Positions 1 to 9,087 of a stretch of DNA of 64,000 nucleotides are shown here, one piece after another. The notes beneath the pieces were generated by a model, which was not told where the DNA came from, searched no databases, and worked only from the letters and a program-made list of their open reading frames with translations. Position numbers and translations under genes: made by a program. Source of the stretch: Oscillospiraceae bacterium (GTDB lineage Bacteria; Bacillota; Clostridia; Oscillospirales; Oscillospiraceae); NCBI GenBank assembly GCA_016293265.1, contig JAEDEN010000001.1:20181-84180 (forward strand), given 5' to 3'. Position 1 is the first letter of the stretch, and every line of letters starts with the position of its first letter.

Positions 1-472
1 TCATGGTGCGTGTCTCGTACTGCAGCGATTCCAGGTGCTCCCGGCGGGCCTTTTTGTTCACGTCCAGGAAGCCCTCAAAGGTGAAGCGCCCCGTGGGCAG
101 GCCGCTGACGGCCAGGGCATTCACAGCCGCGCAGCAGCCGGGGATGGAGATAACAGGCACGCCGTTTTCGGCGCACAGGCGCACCAGCCCCTCCCCGGGA
201 TCGGAGATGGCGGGGGTGCCGGCATCTGTCACCAGGGCGCAGCTCTCGCCCTCCAGCAGACGGGCGAGGATGGCCTGGCCCGCCGAGGCCTGGTTGTGCT
301 CATGGTAGCTCACCAGGCTCTTTTTGATGCCGAAATGGTTCAAAAGCTTCATGGAGACCCGGGTGTCCTCCGCCGCGATAAAATCGGCCTCGCGGAGCGT
401 GGCTTCCGCCCGGGGGGAGAAGTCCCCCAGGTTGCCGATGGGGGTGGCAACAAGATACAATGTGCCGCTCAT
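1..472 (-). CDS. rsmI: 16S rRNA (cytidine1402-2'-O)-methyltransferase, 5' part (runs off window edge)
   Basis: Manual translation from ATG at 472: MSGTLYLVATPIGNLGDFSPR...IAAEDTR...LVSYHEHN...LVTDAGTPAISDPG, the RsmI N-terminal signatures; AAGGAGG upstream; overlaps stop of preceding gene; not in ORF track because truncated. Confidence 0.93.
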   Translation of the reverse strand, partial: MSGTLYLVATPIGNLGDFSPRAEATLREADFIAAEDTRVSMKLLNHFGIKKSLVSYHEHNQASAGQAILARLLEGESCALVTDAGTPAISDPGEGLVRLCAENGVPVISIPGCCAAVNALAVSGLPTGRFTFEGFLDVNKKARREHLESLQYETRTM

Positions 473-1200
473 GGCGTTTCCTCCTTGCGAAAATAGATGG
501 CGTCCACCTCAGGGGTGGGTCTGGCGCCGCCGGCGGTCAGGATCAGCGGCGCTTCCACCGTAAGGCCGCTCTTTCCACCCCGGCTGCCCTCCAGTAAAAA
601 AAGGGAGGGGGCGGCGGCAGCAGTAGCGCAGACGAAGCGCAGCCGCTTGGGCTCGATCCGGTGGCGGCGAAGCTCCCAAAGCACGTCCGTCAACCGCTCC
701 GGCTTATGGACCAGGCAGAATTTCCCGCCCCAGCGGAGAAGGTAGCCAGCGGCGGCGCAGACGTCGGAAAGGGTGCAGGTGACCTCCGAGCGGGCGGAGC
801 GCAGGGCTTCCTCCCGGGCAAGGCGGCCGCTTTCCGGGACGTAATAGGGCGGGTTGCAGACCACCAGGTCAAAGCTCCCGGTGGGAAACAGGCCTTTTAC
901 CTCCCGCAGGTCTCCCCGGCAGATGGTGAGGCGGGGGCCCAGGGCGTTTTCCTCCGCTGCCCGCCGGGCCAGCAGGGCGGCTTCCTCCTGCAGTTCAACC
1001 CCTGTGACATACAGCTCCCTTTGACGCTGCAGCAAAAGAAGGGACAAAAGCCCCGTGCCGCAGCCAAGGTCGCACACCTTCAGCCCCGGCTTCAGCCGGG
1101 GCAGGGAGGAGAGAAGGAAGGTATCCGTCCCGGGAGGGAAAAGCGCGTCGTCATAGACGAAACGAAGTCCGCCTTCGCACAGGCTTTCCCAGTGCTCCAT
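469..1200 (-). CDS. tRNA1(Val) adenine(37)-N6-methyltransferase family (YabB/TrmN6-like) SAM methyltransferase
   Basis: DLGCGTG motif I, CNPPY amino-methyltransferase motif, VHKPERL; start taken at MEHWESL after GGAGGTGA; typical yabB-rsmI order. Confidence 0.85.
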   Translation of the reverse strand: MEHWESLCEGGLRFVYDDALFPPGTDTFLLSSLPRLKPGLKVCDLGCGTGLLSLLLLQRQRELYVTGVELQEEAALLARRAAEENALGPRLTICRGDLREVKGLFPTGSFDLVVCNPPYYVPESGRLAREEALRSARSEVTCTLSDVCAAAGYLLRWGGKFCLVHKPERLTDVLWELRRHRIEPKRLRFVCATAAAAPSLFLLEGSRGGKSGLTVEAPLILTAGGARPTPEVDAIYFRKEETP

Positions 1201-1248
1201 CCACTCACCTCCCGGTCTTTCTGATAAGCCATTATAATATAAAAAGAG

Positions 1249-1285
1249 GGGGAGGGCAAGCCATAAGAAGGGGAGGGCAAGCCAT
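1249..1285. repeat. Tandem duplication of 16-mer GGGGAGGGCAAGCCAT (period 21)
   Basis: Copies at 1249-1264 and 1270-1285; on the minus strand each contains TTGCCC, the proximal one 17 nt from TATAAT. Confidence 0.8.
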
Positions 1286-1378
1286 GAAAAAGGCCCTGTA
1301 TGGGCCGGCTTCCGGCCCGGCTGGGGAAGAGGCCGGAGTCCCCAGGGAAGAAGAGGGGGCTTTCTTCCGGTCAAAACA

Positions 1379-1411
1379 AAACACACCGTAAGCAGGGCTT
1401 ACGGTGTGTTT
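1379..1411 (-). terminator. Intrinsic terminator after ferredoxin
   Basis: Inverted repeat AAACACACCGTAAGC / GCTTACGGTGTGTTT with T tract on minus strand. Confidence 0.8.
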
Positions 1412-1425
1412 ATGTATCCTCGAAA

Positions 1426-1599
1426 TTATTCCTCGGGGACGATGGCGCCGTTGGGGCAGCTGTCTGCGCAAGTGCCGCAGTCCAGGCAAGTACCAGCGTC
1501 GATGACGTACTGGTCGTCACCCTGGCTGATCGCACCGGCGGGGCAGACATCAGCGCAGGAACCGCAGCTGACGCAAGAAGAAGTGATCTTGTAGGCCAT
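1426..1599 (-). CDS. Clostridial-type 2[4Fe-4S] ferredoxin (57 aa)
   Basis: Manual translation MAYKITSSCVSCGSCADVCPAGAISQGDDQYVIDAGTCLDCGTCADSCPNGAIVPEE; two CxxCxxCxxxCP motifs; GGAGGTG RBS; below ORF-track length cut-off. Confidence 0.95.
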   Translation of the reverse strand: MAYKITSSCVSCGSCADVCPAGAISQGDDQYVIDAGTCLDCGTCADSCPNGAIVPEE

Positions 1600-1793
1600 G
1601 GTAGCACCTCCATTAGATTTGTGATTTCAATTTTACCATACAATTCGAAAAATGCAAGGGCCCTGTTAAAATTCCGACGAGATTTTTCCCGCTTTGCAAA
1701 AATATAATCTATATACATGGGGTTTATGCATTATGAAAGGGGAGAAAACCGGAAAAACTGGAAGGACATTCAAATTGGATGAAGGGAGACACC

Positions 1794-4229
1794 ATGAACG
1801 AGAACAGATTTTCACCCGGAGCCGAAGACGCGCTGCGCCTTGCCCAGGAGGCGGCGGGAGAGCTGGGCCACGGATATGTGGGAACGGAGCACCTGCTGCT
1901 GGGACTGATGCGCCAGGAGGAGGGGCTTGCCCACGGGGTCCTCGCGGGGGAGGGGCTGACGGAAAAGGCCCTCTTTGCTGCCATTCGCCGCAGTGTGGGG
2001 GCGGGCCTTCCCGGAAGCGATCCCAACCAGGGCCTGACGCCCCGGGCAAAGCGGGTGGTAGAACTGGCTGTGGAGGACGCCGGCCGCTTTGGGGAGCGGT
2101 GTGTGGGGACGGAACACCTGCTTGCGGGCATTCTCCGCCAGGGCAACAACATGGCCCTCCGGGTGTTGCGCTCCGCCGGGGTGGACGCCCGGCATCTTTA
2201 TACGGTCCTGCTGCAAAAGCAAAGCGACGGCTCACGGGGCCGCGTCACCAGGGAAAAGCCGCCTGTCCGGGAGGAGGGAAAGGCTCTCCGGGAGTGCAGC
2301 CGTGACCTCACCGCCGAGGCGCGGGCGGGACGCCTGGACCCGGTCATCGGCCGGGAGCGGGAGATCAGCCGGGTCATCCAAATCCTCTCCCGCCGCACCA
2401 AAAACAACCCCTGCCTGTTGGGAGAGCCGGGGGTGGGGAAGACCGCCGTTGCCGAGGGGCTGGCCCGGAAGATCGCCGCGGGGGATGTGCCGGAGGAGCT
2501 TTTGGACCAGCGCATTTTGTCTTTGGACATCGCGGGGATGGTGGCGGGCACCAAGTACCGGGGTGAGTTTGAAGAGCGCATCCGCAAGGTGCTGGAGGAG
2601 GTGAAGCGGGCCGGAAACATCATCCTCTTCCTCGACGAGCTCCACACGGTGGTGGGGGCCGGCAGCGCCGAGGGGGCGGTGGACGCCGCAAACATCCTCA
2701 AGCCCGCCCTGGGCCGGGGGGAGCTGCGGCTCATCGGGGCCACGACCCTGACGGAATACCGCCGTTATATCGAAAAGGACGCCGCCCTGGAGCGCCGCTT
2801 CCAGCCGGTGACGGTAAGCGAGCCTGACGGGGGGGCGGCGCTGGAGATCCTGCGGGGGCTCCGGGAGCGCTATGAGCGCCACCACGGCCTGAACATCACG
2901 GAGGAGGCCCTGGAGGCCGCCGTCCGCCTTTCCCAGCGCTATCTCCCGGATCGTTTCCTGCCGGACAAGGCCATCGACCTGATGGACGAGGCAGCCTCCC
3001 GGGTCCGCATGGAAGGGGAACTGCCCTCCGAGGAGCTGAAGGCGCTGGAGGAAAAGATCACCTCCGCCGTCCGGGACAAGGACGAGGCCATCGCAAAGCA
3101 GGACTATGAGGGGGCCGCCAAGCTCCGGGACATCGAACGCAGCTTTCGCGCCCAGGCGGAGGCCGAGCGGGAGAGCCGCCGCACCCGGACCCACCACCGC
3201 CGCAGCGTCACGGCGGAGGATGTGGCCGCCGTGGTCTCCACCTGGACGGGTGTTCCCGTCACTCATCTGACCCAAAGCGAGGGGGAAAAGCTTTTGCATA
3301 TGGAGGAGGTCCTCCACCGCCGGGTAGTGGGGCAGGATGCAGCGGTCCGGGCCCTGGCCAGGGCTGTCCGCCGGGGCCGCGTGGGCTTGAAGGACCCCCG
3401 GCGTCCCATAGGCTCCTTCCTGTTCCTGGGCCCCACGGGCGTTGGCAAAACGGAGCTTTGCAAGGCCTTGGCGGAGGTGCTTTTCGGAGACGAGGGGGCG
3501 CTTTTGCGCTTTGATATGTCCGAGTATATGGAGCGCCACACCGTCTCCCGCCTCATTGGTTCTCCTCCGGGATATGTGGGACATGAGGAGGGGGGACAGC
3601 TTACGGAAAAGGTGCGCCGCCGGCCCTACAGTGTGGTGCTCTTCGACGAGATGGAAAAGGCCCACCAGGATGTGTGGAACGTGCTGCTGCAGATTCTGGA
3701 TGACGGACGTATTTCCGACGCCCAGGGGCGGCAGGTGGATTTTCGCAACACCGTCATCGTCATGACCAGCAACGTGGGCGCAAAGCGCCTCACCTCCCCG
3801 GGGACGAAATTGGGCTTCACTACGGCGGGGGAGAGCGAAAATCGGCGGGAGGAGGCCGTCATGGCGGAGCTGCGGGAGACCTTCCGGCCGGAATTTTTGA
3901 ACCGGGTGGATGAGACCATCCTCTTCCATGCCCTGGGGGAAGGGGAGATCAGGGAGATCGCCCGGCGGATGCTTTTGGACCTTGCCGGGCGGATGGCCGT
4001 CATGGGGATCGCCCTGGAAACGGAGGAATCCGCACTGGAAGTCCTGGCCCGGGCGGGCTTTGATCCCAAATACGGTGCCCGTCCCCTGCGCCGCAGCCTC
4101 CGCACCCTGGTGGAGGACCCGGTGGCGGAGGAGGTCCTTTCGGGGCGCCTGCGGGCGGGAGACACTGCGGTGCTCACCACAGAGGAGGGAAGGATCGTCA
4201 TAAAGGCCCCCCTTTCCCATGTTACTTGA
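1794..4229 (+). CDS. clpC: ATP-dependent Clp protease ATP-binding subunit ClpC
   Basis: Two Clp N repeats (GTEHLL), two AAA+ modules (GEPGVGKT, GPTGVGKT), UVR-like middle domain, LGF ClpP-docking loop, GARPLRR. Confidence 0.93.
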   Translation: MNENRFSPGAEDALRLAQEAAGELGHGYVGTEHLLLGLMRQEEGLAHGVLAGEGLTEKALFAAIRRSVGAGLPGSDPNQGLTPRAKRVVELAVEDAGRFGERCVGTEHLLAGILRQGNNMALRVLRSAGVDARHLYTVLLQKQSDGSRGRVTREKPPVREEGKALRECSRDLTAEARAGRLDPVIGREREISRVIQILSRRTKNNPCLLGEPGVGKTAVAEGLARKIAAGDVPEELLDQRILSLDIAGMVAGTKYRGEFEERIRKVLEEVKRAGNIILFLDELHTVVGAGSAEGAVDAANILKPALGRGELRLIGATTLTEYRRYIEKDAALERRFQPVTVSEPDGGAALEILRGLRERYERHHGLNITEEALEAAVRLSQRYLPDRFLPDKAIDLMDEAASRVRMEGELPSEELKALEEKITSAVRDKDEAIAKQDYEGAAKLRDIERSFRAQAEAERESRRTRTHHRRSVTAEDVAAVVSTWTGVPVTHLTQSEGEKLLHMEEVLHRRVVGQDAAVRALARAVRRGRVGLKDPRRPIGSFLFLGPTGVGKTELCKALAEVLFGDEGALLRFDMSEYMERHTVSRLIGSPPGYVGHEEGGQLTEKVRRRPYSVVLFDEMEKAHQDVWNVLLQILDDGRISDAQGRQVDFRNTVIVMTSNVGAKRLTSPGTKLGFTTAGESENRREEAVMAELRETFRPEFLNRVDETILFHALGEGEIREIARRMLLDLAGRMAVMGIALETEESALEVLARAGFDPKYGARPLRRSLRTLVEDPVAEEVLSGRLRAGDTAVLTTEEGRIVIKAPLSHVT

Positions 4230-4297
4230 TTTATTCACAATTTCACGCTATGATATGGGTATCAGAAAGACCGGATCAACGAAAAGGAGGGCCTTTT

Positions 4298-6070
4298 ATG
4301 GCATTTACCTTCAATTTCGGCGGCGGATTCAATCCCGGCGGCTTCGGCGGCTTTACGCCCCCGGCGCAGGGCAGCGAATCCTTCCAGACAAAGCCGCCCA
4401 AACCCAGAAAACCCCGTAAGGCCATCGGCAACGCCTTCACCCGGACCCTCATCAACCTGGGTGTGACGCTGGTATTCGCACTGGCCTACTTCTATCTGGA
4501 GCTGCCCGCGCTGAACTTCCACGCGGAGGAGTTCTATGCCTTCGTCTTCCTGGTGTGCGTGGTCTATTGCGCCTGTGCCGTGATCACCTCCGGCTTTCAG
4601 GGAGATGGCTTCAAGGGCTACGTCGGCTTTGTGAAAAAGCAGTGTACCATCCCCTTTATCCTCTTCATCGGCATGATCGCCGCCATCGCCATCGGTGCCC
4701 TCTCCTCCTGGGTGGTGCTGCGGGCGGGGAGCTACAGTGAACTCCTTCCCCTGCGGGAGGGCGGCGACTTCACCGCCGGCGTGGAGGAGATCAGCTATAA
4801 CCAGATCCCCATGCTGGACGCCGACTCCGCCCAGCGCCTTGGAAACCGCAAGCTGGGCGAGCTGAGCGACATGGTCTCTCAGTTTGAGATCCTGCCCACC
4901 TATACCCAGATCAACTATCAGGGCCGCCCTGTCCGGGTGACCTCCCTGCGCTACGGCGATCTGATCAAGTGGTTTACCAACCGCTCCCAGGGCCTTCCGG
5001 CCTATATCATCATCGACATGGTGACCCAGGAAGCGGAGGTGGTGCGCCTGGAGGAGGGTATGAAGTACACCCCCGCGGAGCATTTCGGCCGCAACCTCTA
5101 CCGGCACCTGCGCTTCCACTATCCCACCATGATGTTCGACGAGCCGGTCTTTGAGATCAACGAGGAGGGAACCCCCTACTGGGTGTGCTCCCGCATCGTC
5201 AAGACCATCGGCCTTTTCGGCGGCACGGATGTCAAGGGCGCGGTACTGGTGAACGCCATTACCGGCGAGAGCGAGTATTGGGAGGAGGTCCCCGGTTGGG
5301 TGGACCGCCTCTACTCCTCCGACATCATCATGGAGCAGTATGACTACTACGGCCAGTACCACAATGGCTTCCTGAACTCCATTTTCGGCCAGAAGGACGT
5401 GACCCTCACCACGGAGGGATACAACTATATCGCCCTGGAGGACGATGTCTATATGTATACCGGCATCACCTCCGTCACCTCCGACCAGTCCAACATCGGC
5501 TTCATCCTCTCCAACCAGCGCACCAAAGAGACCAGCTTTTACCGGGTGGCCGGCGCCACGGAGTATTCCGCCATGGAGTCCGCCCAGAGCCAGGTGCAGC
5601 AGATGCGCTATGAGGCCACCTTCCCCCTGCTTTTGAACATCGCCGAGCAGCCCACCTATTTCATGGCCCTCAAGGGCGCCGACGGGCTGGTGAAAATGTA
5701 CGCCATGGTAAACGTGGAGCAGTACCAGATCGTTTCCACCGGCGCAACGGTGGCGGAGTGCGAGAAGAACTACCGCCAGTCCCTCTCCCACAACGGCCTT
5801 ATCAGCGCGGGAGATACCACCCTCACCGGCCAGGGCCAGGAGCAGACCGGCACCATCGCCGAGATCCGCTCCGCCGTCATCGAGGGCAACACCCATTACT
5901 ATATCCGCATGGAGCAGGGGCTTGCCTATCTGGATTTCAGCGCCGCCCAGACGCCGGAGGCCGTCCTTTTGAATGTGGGTGACACCATTGTCTATACCTT
6001 CGTGACGGAAAGCGCCCAGTTCCCCACCGGCGGTATCGTCACTGCCACGGATTTCCGCTACGCCGGGTAA
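4298..6070 (+). CDS. Uncharacterised membrane protein: three N-terminal TM helices plus large extracytoplasmic domain
   Basis: AAGGAGG RBS before ATG 4298; hydrophobic segments in first ~145 aa; host-like codon usage; own promoter TTGATT-N17-TATGAT at clpC end. Confidence 0.8.
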   Translation: MAFTFNFGGGFNPGGFGGFTPPAQGSESFQTKPPKPRKPRKAIGNAFTRTLINLGVTLVFALAYFYLELPALNFHAEEFYAFVFLVCVVYCACAVITSGFQGDGFKGYVGFVKKQCTIPFILFIGMIAAIAIGALSSWVVLRAGSYSELLPLREGGDFTAGVEEISYNQIPMLDADSAQRLGNRKLGELSDMVSQFEILPTYTQINYQGRPVRVTSLRYGDLIKWFTNRSQGLPAYIIIDMVTQEAEVVRLEEGMKYTPAEHFGRNLYRHLRFHYPTMMFDEPVFEINEEGTPYWVCSRIVKTIGLFGGTDVKGAVLVNAITGESEYWEEVPGWVDRLYSSDIIMEQYDYYGQYHNGFLNSIFGQKDVTLTTEGYNYIALEDDVYMYTGITSVTSDQSNIGFILSNQRTKETSFYRVAGATEYSAMESAQSQVQQMRYEATFPLLLNIAEQPTYFMALKGADGLVKMYAMVNVEQYQIVSTGATVAECEKNYRQSLSHNGLISAGDTTLTGQGQEQTGTIAEIRSAVIEGNTHYYIRMEQGLAYLDFSAAQTPEAVLLNVGDTIVYTFVTESAQFPTGGIVTATDFRYAG

Positions 6071-6107
6071 AAACTTCAAAAAACGGCAGGAAATTTCTGA
6101 AAAACCG

Positions 6108-6136
6108 TTGACAAGGGTTTCATTCGTTGTTATACT
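6108..6136 (+). promoter_or_regulatory. SigA-type promoter of rplU operon
   Basis: TTGACA-N17-TATACT. Confidence 0.85.
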
Positions 6137-6142
6137 TGATAA

Positions 6143-6205
6143 GCCGCTTTGAATGGGTCTGAAAGTGTGCGGAGAGCACCGCCCCCGACAGCGAGCCCGT
6201 AAATG
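6143..6205 (+). ncRNA. Putative ribosomal protein L21 leader
   Basis: Position between promoter and rplU, where the L21 leader occurs in Firmicutes; GCAC...GCGAG elements; fold not verified. Confidence 0.45.
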
Positions 6206-6222
6206 AAGGAGTTGAAAGAGAA

Positions 6223-6534
6223 ATGAACGCAATCATCGTGACCGGCGGCAAGCAGTACAAGGTCGCAGAGGGCGACGTGGTCTTCATCGAGAAGCTGGAC
6301 CAGGAAGCCGGCGACGTCGTCAAGTTTGACCAGGTTCTGGCTATCATCGACGGCGAAGAGGCCACCTTCGGCACCCCCGTGGTGGAGGGCGCCTGCGTGG
6401 AGGCCAAGATCGTCAAGAACGGCAAGGGCAAGAAGATCCGCATCTTCAAGTACAATGCCAAGAAGGGTTACCGCAAGCGTCAGGGCCATCGCCAGCCTTA
6501 CACCAAGGTTGAGATCGCCAAGATCGTTCGCTGA
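6223..6534 (+). CDS. rplU: 50S ribosomal protein L21
   Basis: [14 protein letters not shown]...[10 protein letters not shown]. Confidence 0.98.
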   Translation: MNAIIVTGGKQYKVAEGDVVFIEKLDQEAGDVVKFDQVLAIIDGEEATFGTPVVEGACVEAKIVKNGKGKKIRIFKYNAKKGYRKRQGHRQPYTKVEIAKIVR

Positions 6535-6536
6535 GC

Positions 6537-6869
6537 ATGACCACCATCACATTCCGCATGGAGGGCGACCGCATCGTCGGTTTTGACTCTCAGGGCCACA
6601 GCGGCTACGCCGAGGCTGGCGAGGATATCGTCTGCGCGGCCATCACCAGCGCCATCCGCCTGGTGGAGGCCACCATCAACGACGTACTGGGCCTGGCGGC
6701 ATCCGTGAAGGTGAAGGAAAGCGAGGCCCTCATCTCGCTCCGTCTGCCGGGAGGACTTGCCCCCACGGCCGAGAGCACCTGCCAGGCGCTTCTGACAGGA
6801 TTGATGGTCTACTTTGCCCAGCTCCACGACGAGTATCCCGAACATATTGAAGTTCTGGAGGAAGATTGA
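6537..6869 (+). CDS. prp: Ribosomal-processing cysteine protease Prp (YsxB)
   Basis: GHSGY...DIVCAAIT motif, between rplU and rpmA. Confidence 0.93.
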   Translation: MTTITFRMEGDRIVGFDSQGHSGYAEAGEDIVCAAITSAIRLVEATINDVLGLAASVKVKESEALISLRLPGGLAPTAESTCQALLTGLMVYFAQLHDEYPEHIEVLEED

Positions 6870-6907
6870 TTCCTCCCCATCATTCTAAAGAAAGGATGGT
6901 CCCTATC

Positions 6908-7189
6908 ATGATTCGTATTGGTCTTCAGTTCTTCGCCCACAAGAAGGGCGGCGGCTCCACCAAGAACGGCCGTGACTCCGAGTCCAAGCGCCTTGGTCCC
7001 AAGCGCGCTGATGGTCAGTTTGTCAAGGCCGGCAACATCCTGGTTCGCCAGCGCGGCACCCACATCCATCCGGGTGTGAACGTCGGCATCGGCAGCGACG
7101 ATACCCTGTTCGCCACCGCCACCGGCACCGTTCGCTTCGAGCGTCTGGGCAAGGATCGCAAGCAGGTTTCTGTTTACGAGGCTCAGTAA
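6908..7189 (+). CDS. rpmA: 50S ribosomal protein L27 with Firmicutes N-terminal extension
   Basis: [29 protein letters not shown] Prp cleavage motif. Confidence 0.98.
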   Translation: MIRIGLQFFAHKKGGGSTKNGRDSESKRLGPKRADGQFVKAGNILVRQRGTHIHPGVNVGIGSDDTLFATATGTVRFERLGKDRKQVSVYEAQ

Positions 7190-7199
7190 TCAATCAGGC

Positions 7200-7232
7200 A
7201 AAAAGCTCCGATCGAAAGATCGGAGCTTTTTT
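7200..7232 (+). terminator. Intrinsic terminator after rpmA
   Basis: AAAAGCTCCGATC-GAAA-GATCGGAGCTTTTTT. Confidence 0.9.
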
Positions 7233-7440
7233 CGCTTGAGGTGCCCTTCGCAGCTCCGGCAGCCTCGGGGGGGGCCTATCCGAAGCTCCGCTTCGATACC
7301 GGATGGGTAGGGCCGGCCAACGGAGGCGGCAGCGAGGGGAAAATTAGGCAAAACCCCGCTTTTTCCTTGACGCGGGTGCATATTTTCGCTAAAATGGTGA
7401 AAACATCCATTGAAAAGAATTGAAATACGAGAGGTACCTC

Positions 7441-8724
7441 ATGGCAGCATCTTTTATTGATAAGGCCCGCATCAGCGTTCGCGCCGGCAACGGCGGCAAC
7501 GGGGCGGTTGCCTTCCACCGGGAAAAATATGTGGCGGCCGGCGGCCCTGACGGCGGCGACGGCGGCCGGGGCGGTTCCATCGTTCTGGTGGTGGACGACA
7601 ATATGTCCACCCTGATGGACTTCCGCTATAAGCGCAAGTATGTGGCCTCCAACGGCATGGACGGCCAGGGCGGCCGCCGGCACGGGAAGGACGGCGAGGA
7701 TCTTGTCATCAAGGTCCCCCGGGGTACGCTGGTGCGGGATGCCGAGACCAATGAGATCATTCAGGATATGTCCGGTCAGGAGCCCTATGTCCTCTGCCGC
7801 GGCGGCCGGGGCGGCTGGGGCAATATGCACTTTGCCACCCCCACCCGTCAGGTGCCCCGCTTTGCCAAGGGGGGACTCCCCGGCGAGAGCCACGACGTGG
7901 TGCTGGAGCTGAAGCTCCTGGCGGACGTGGGCCTTATCGGCTTCCCCAATGTGGGCAAATCCACTCTGCTCTCCGTTGTCTCCAAGGCCCAGCCCAAGAT
8001 TGCAAACTACCACTTTACCACCCTGTTCCCCAACCTGGGAGTGGTGTGGGTGGATGAGGGCGTCAGCTTTGTGATGGCCGACATCCCCGGTATCATCGAG
8101 GGGGCCAGCGAGGGTGCGGGCCTGGGCCACGATTTCCTGCGCCATATTGACCGCTGCCGCCTTCTGGTTCACGTGGTGGACGTTTCCGGCTGTGAGGGCC
8201 GGGATCCGGTGGCGGATTTTGAGGCCATCAACGAGGAATTGAAGCACTACAGCGCCGACCTTGCCGCCCGTCCCCAGATCGTGGCGGCCAACAAGGTGGA
8301 TATCATGGCGGACCCGGAGAATCTGGAGCGCCTGCGGGCTCATGTGGAGGCCCAGGGCTACACCTTCTTTGCCATGTCCGCCGCCGCCCACCAGGGGACC
8401 CGGGAGCTGGTGCAGAAGATCGCCCAGCAGCTTGCCACGCTGCCGCCCGTCACCGTCTATGAGCCTGAGTATGTGCCCAAGCCCTATGTGGTGGATGATT
8501 CCGCACCTTTGGATATCCAGCGCGCCGAGGACGGCACCTGGCTGGTGGAGGGGCCCTGGCTGCAGCGCCTTATGGGCAACATCAACTTTGCCGACTACGA
8601 AAGCCGGATGTATTTCGACAAATGCCTTCGGGATTCCGGCCTCTTCCAGACGCTGGAGGAGATGGGAATCGAGGATGGCGACATTGTCTCCATGTACGAC
8701 TTCGAGTTTGAATACCAGCGCTGA
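7441..8724 (+). CDS. obgE: GTPase Obg/CgtA
   Basis: Gly-rich Obg fold, GFPNVGKST, YHFTT, DIPG, NKVD, C-terminal OCT domain. Confidence 0.97.
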   Translation: MAASFIDKARISVRAGNGGNGAVAFHREKYVAAGGPDGGDGGRGGSIVLVVDDNMSTLMDFRYKRKYVASNGMDGQGGRRHGKDGEDLVIKVPRGTLVRDAETNEIIQDMSGQEPYVLCRGGRGGWGNMHFATPTRQVPRFAKGGLPGESHDVVLELKLLADVGLIGFPNVGKSTLLSVVSKAQPKIANYHFTTLFPNLGVVWVDEGVSFVMADIPGIIEGASEGAGLGHDFLRHIDRCRLLVHVVDVSGCEGRDPVADFEAINEELKHYSADLAARPQIVAANKVDIMADPENLERLRAHVEAQGYTFFAMSAAAHQGTRELVQKIAQQLATLPPVTVYEPEYVPKPYVVDDSAPLDIQRAEDGTWLVEGPWLQRLMGNINFADYESRMYFDKCLRDSGLFQTLEEMGIEDGDIVSMYDFEFEYQR

Positions 8725-8785
8725 AAGGAAACGGCCCAAAGTCCGGACAGGCTCGGATTCCTGTAAGGTCTTTTCCCATAAGCTG

Positions 8786-8819
8786 AAAATTGCTCTCCTC
8801 TTGGAGAGCAATTTTTTTA
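8786..8819 (+). terminator. Intrinsic terminator after obg
   Basis: AAAATTGCTCTCC-TCTT-GGAGAGCAATTTTTTT. Confidence 0.85.
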
Positions 8820-8883
8820 ATATCAGAGCAGGGATGCCTGAAAGCGATTCGCATCCCATGGCGGTTTTCCTGTCCTATATGGA

Positions 8884-9015
8884 TTTGAATGGCGGTGCCT
8901 TCACTGGAATCGGCCGGGCATCGGCTTCTATCGTTCCATGGGCGCGGAACCCATGAAGGACCGGACAGTCTCCCATATCGCCGGTGACACGTTAAAAAGC
9001 CTGGCCGGTCATTGA
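8884..9015 (+). pseudogene. C-terminal remnant of a GNAT (diamine/spermidine acetyltransferase-like) gene
   Basis: Frame reads FEWRCLHWNRPGIGFYRSMGAEPMKDRTVSHIAGDTLKSLAGH*, resembling the EWxCLxWNxxxIxFY..GA.PM C-terminus of SSAT-like GNATs; in-frame TGA at 8839 and no start codon upstream. Confidence 0.65.
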
Positions 9016-9087
9016 CCGCAGGAAGTACGGCAGGAAAAAGGGAGGCAGAAAAATCCCCGGCATCCTTTTAGGAAGCCGGGGATAATG

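Noticed and set aside
1600..1793. CtsR or CIRCE heat-shock operator upstream of clpC
   Set aside because: No GGTCAAA-N3-GGTCAAA direct repeat or TTAGCACTC-N9-GAGTGCTAA found
6908..6934. N-terminal extension on L27 as a novelty
   Set aside because: Well-described Firmicutes feature processed by the adjacent Prp protease
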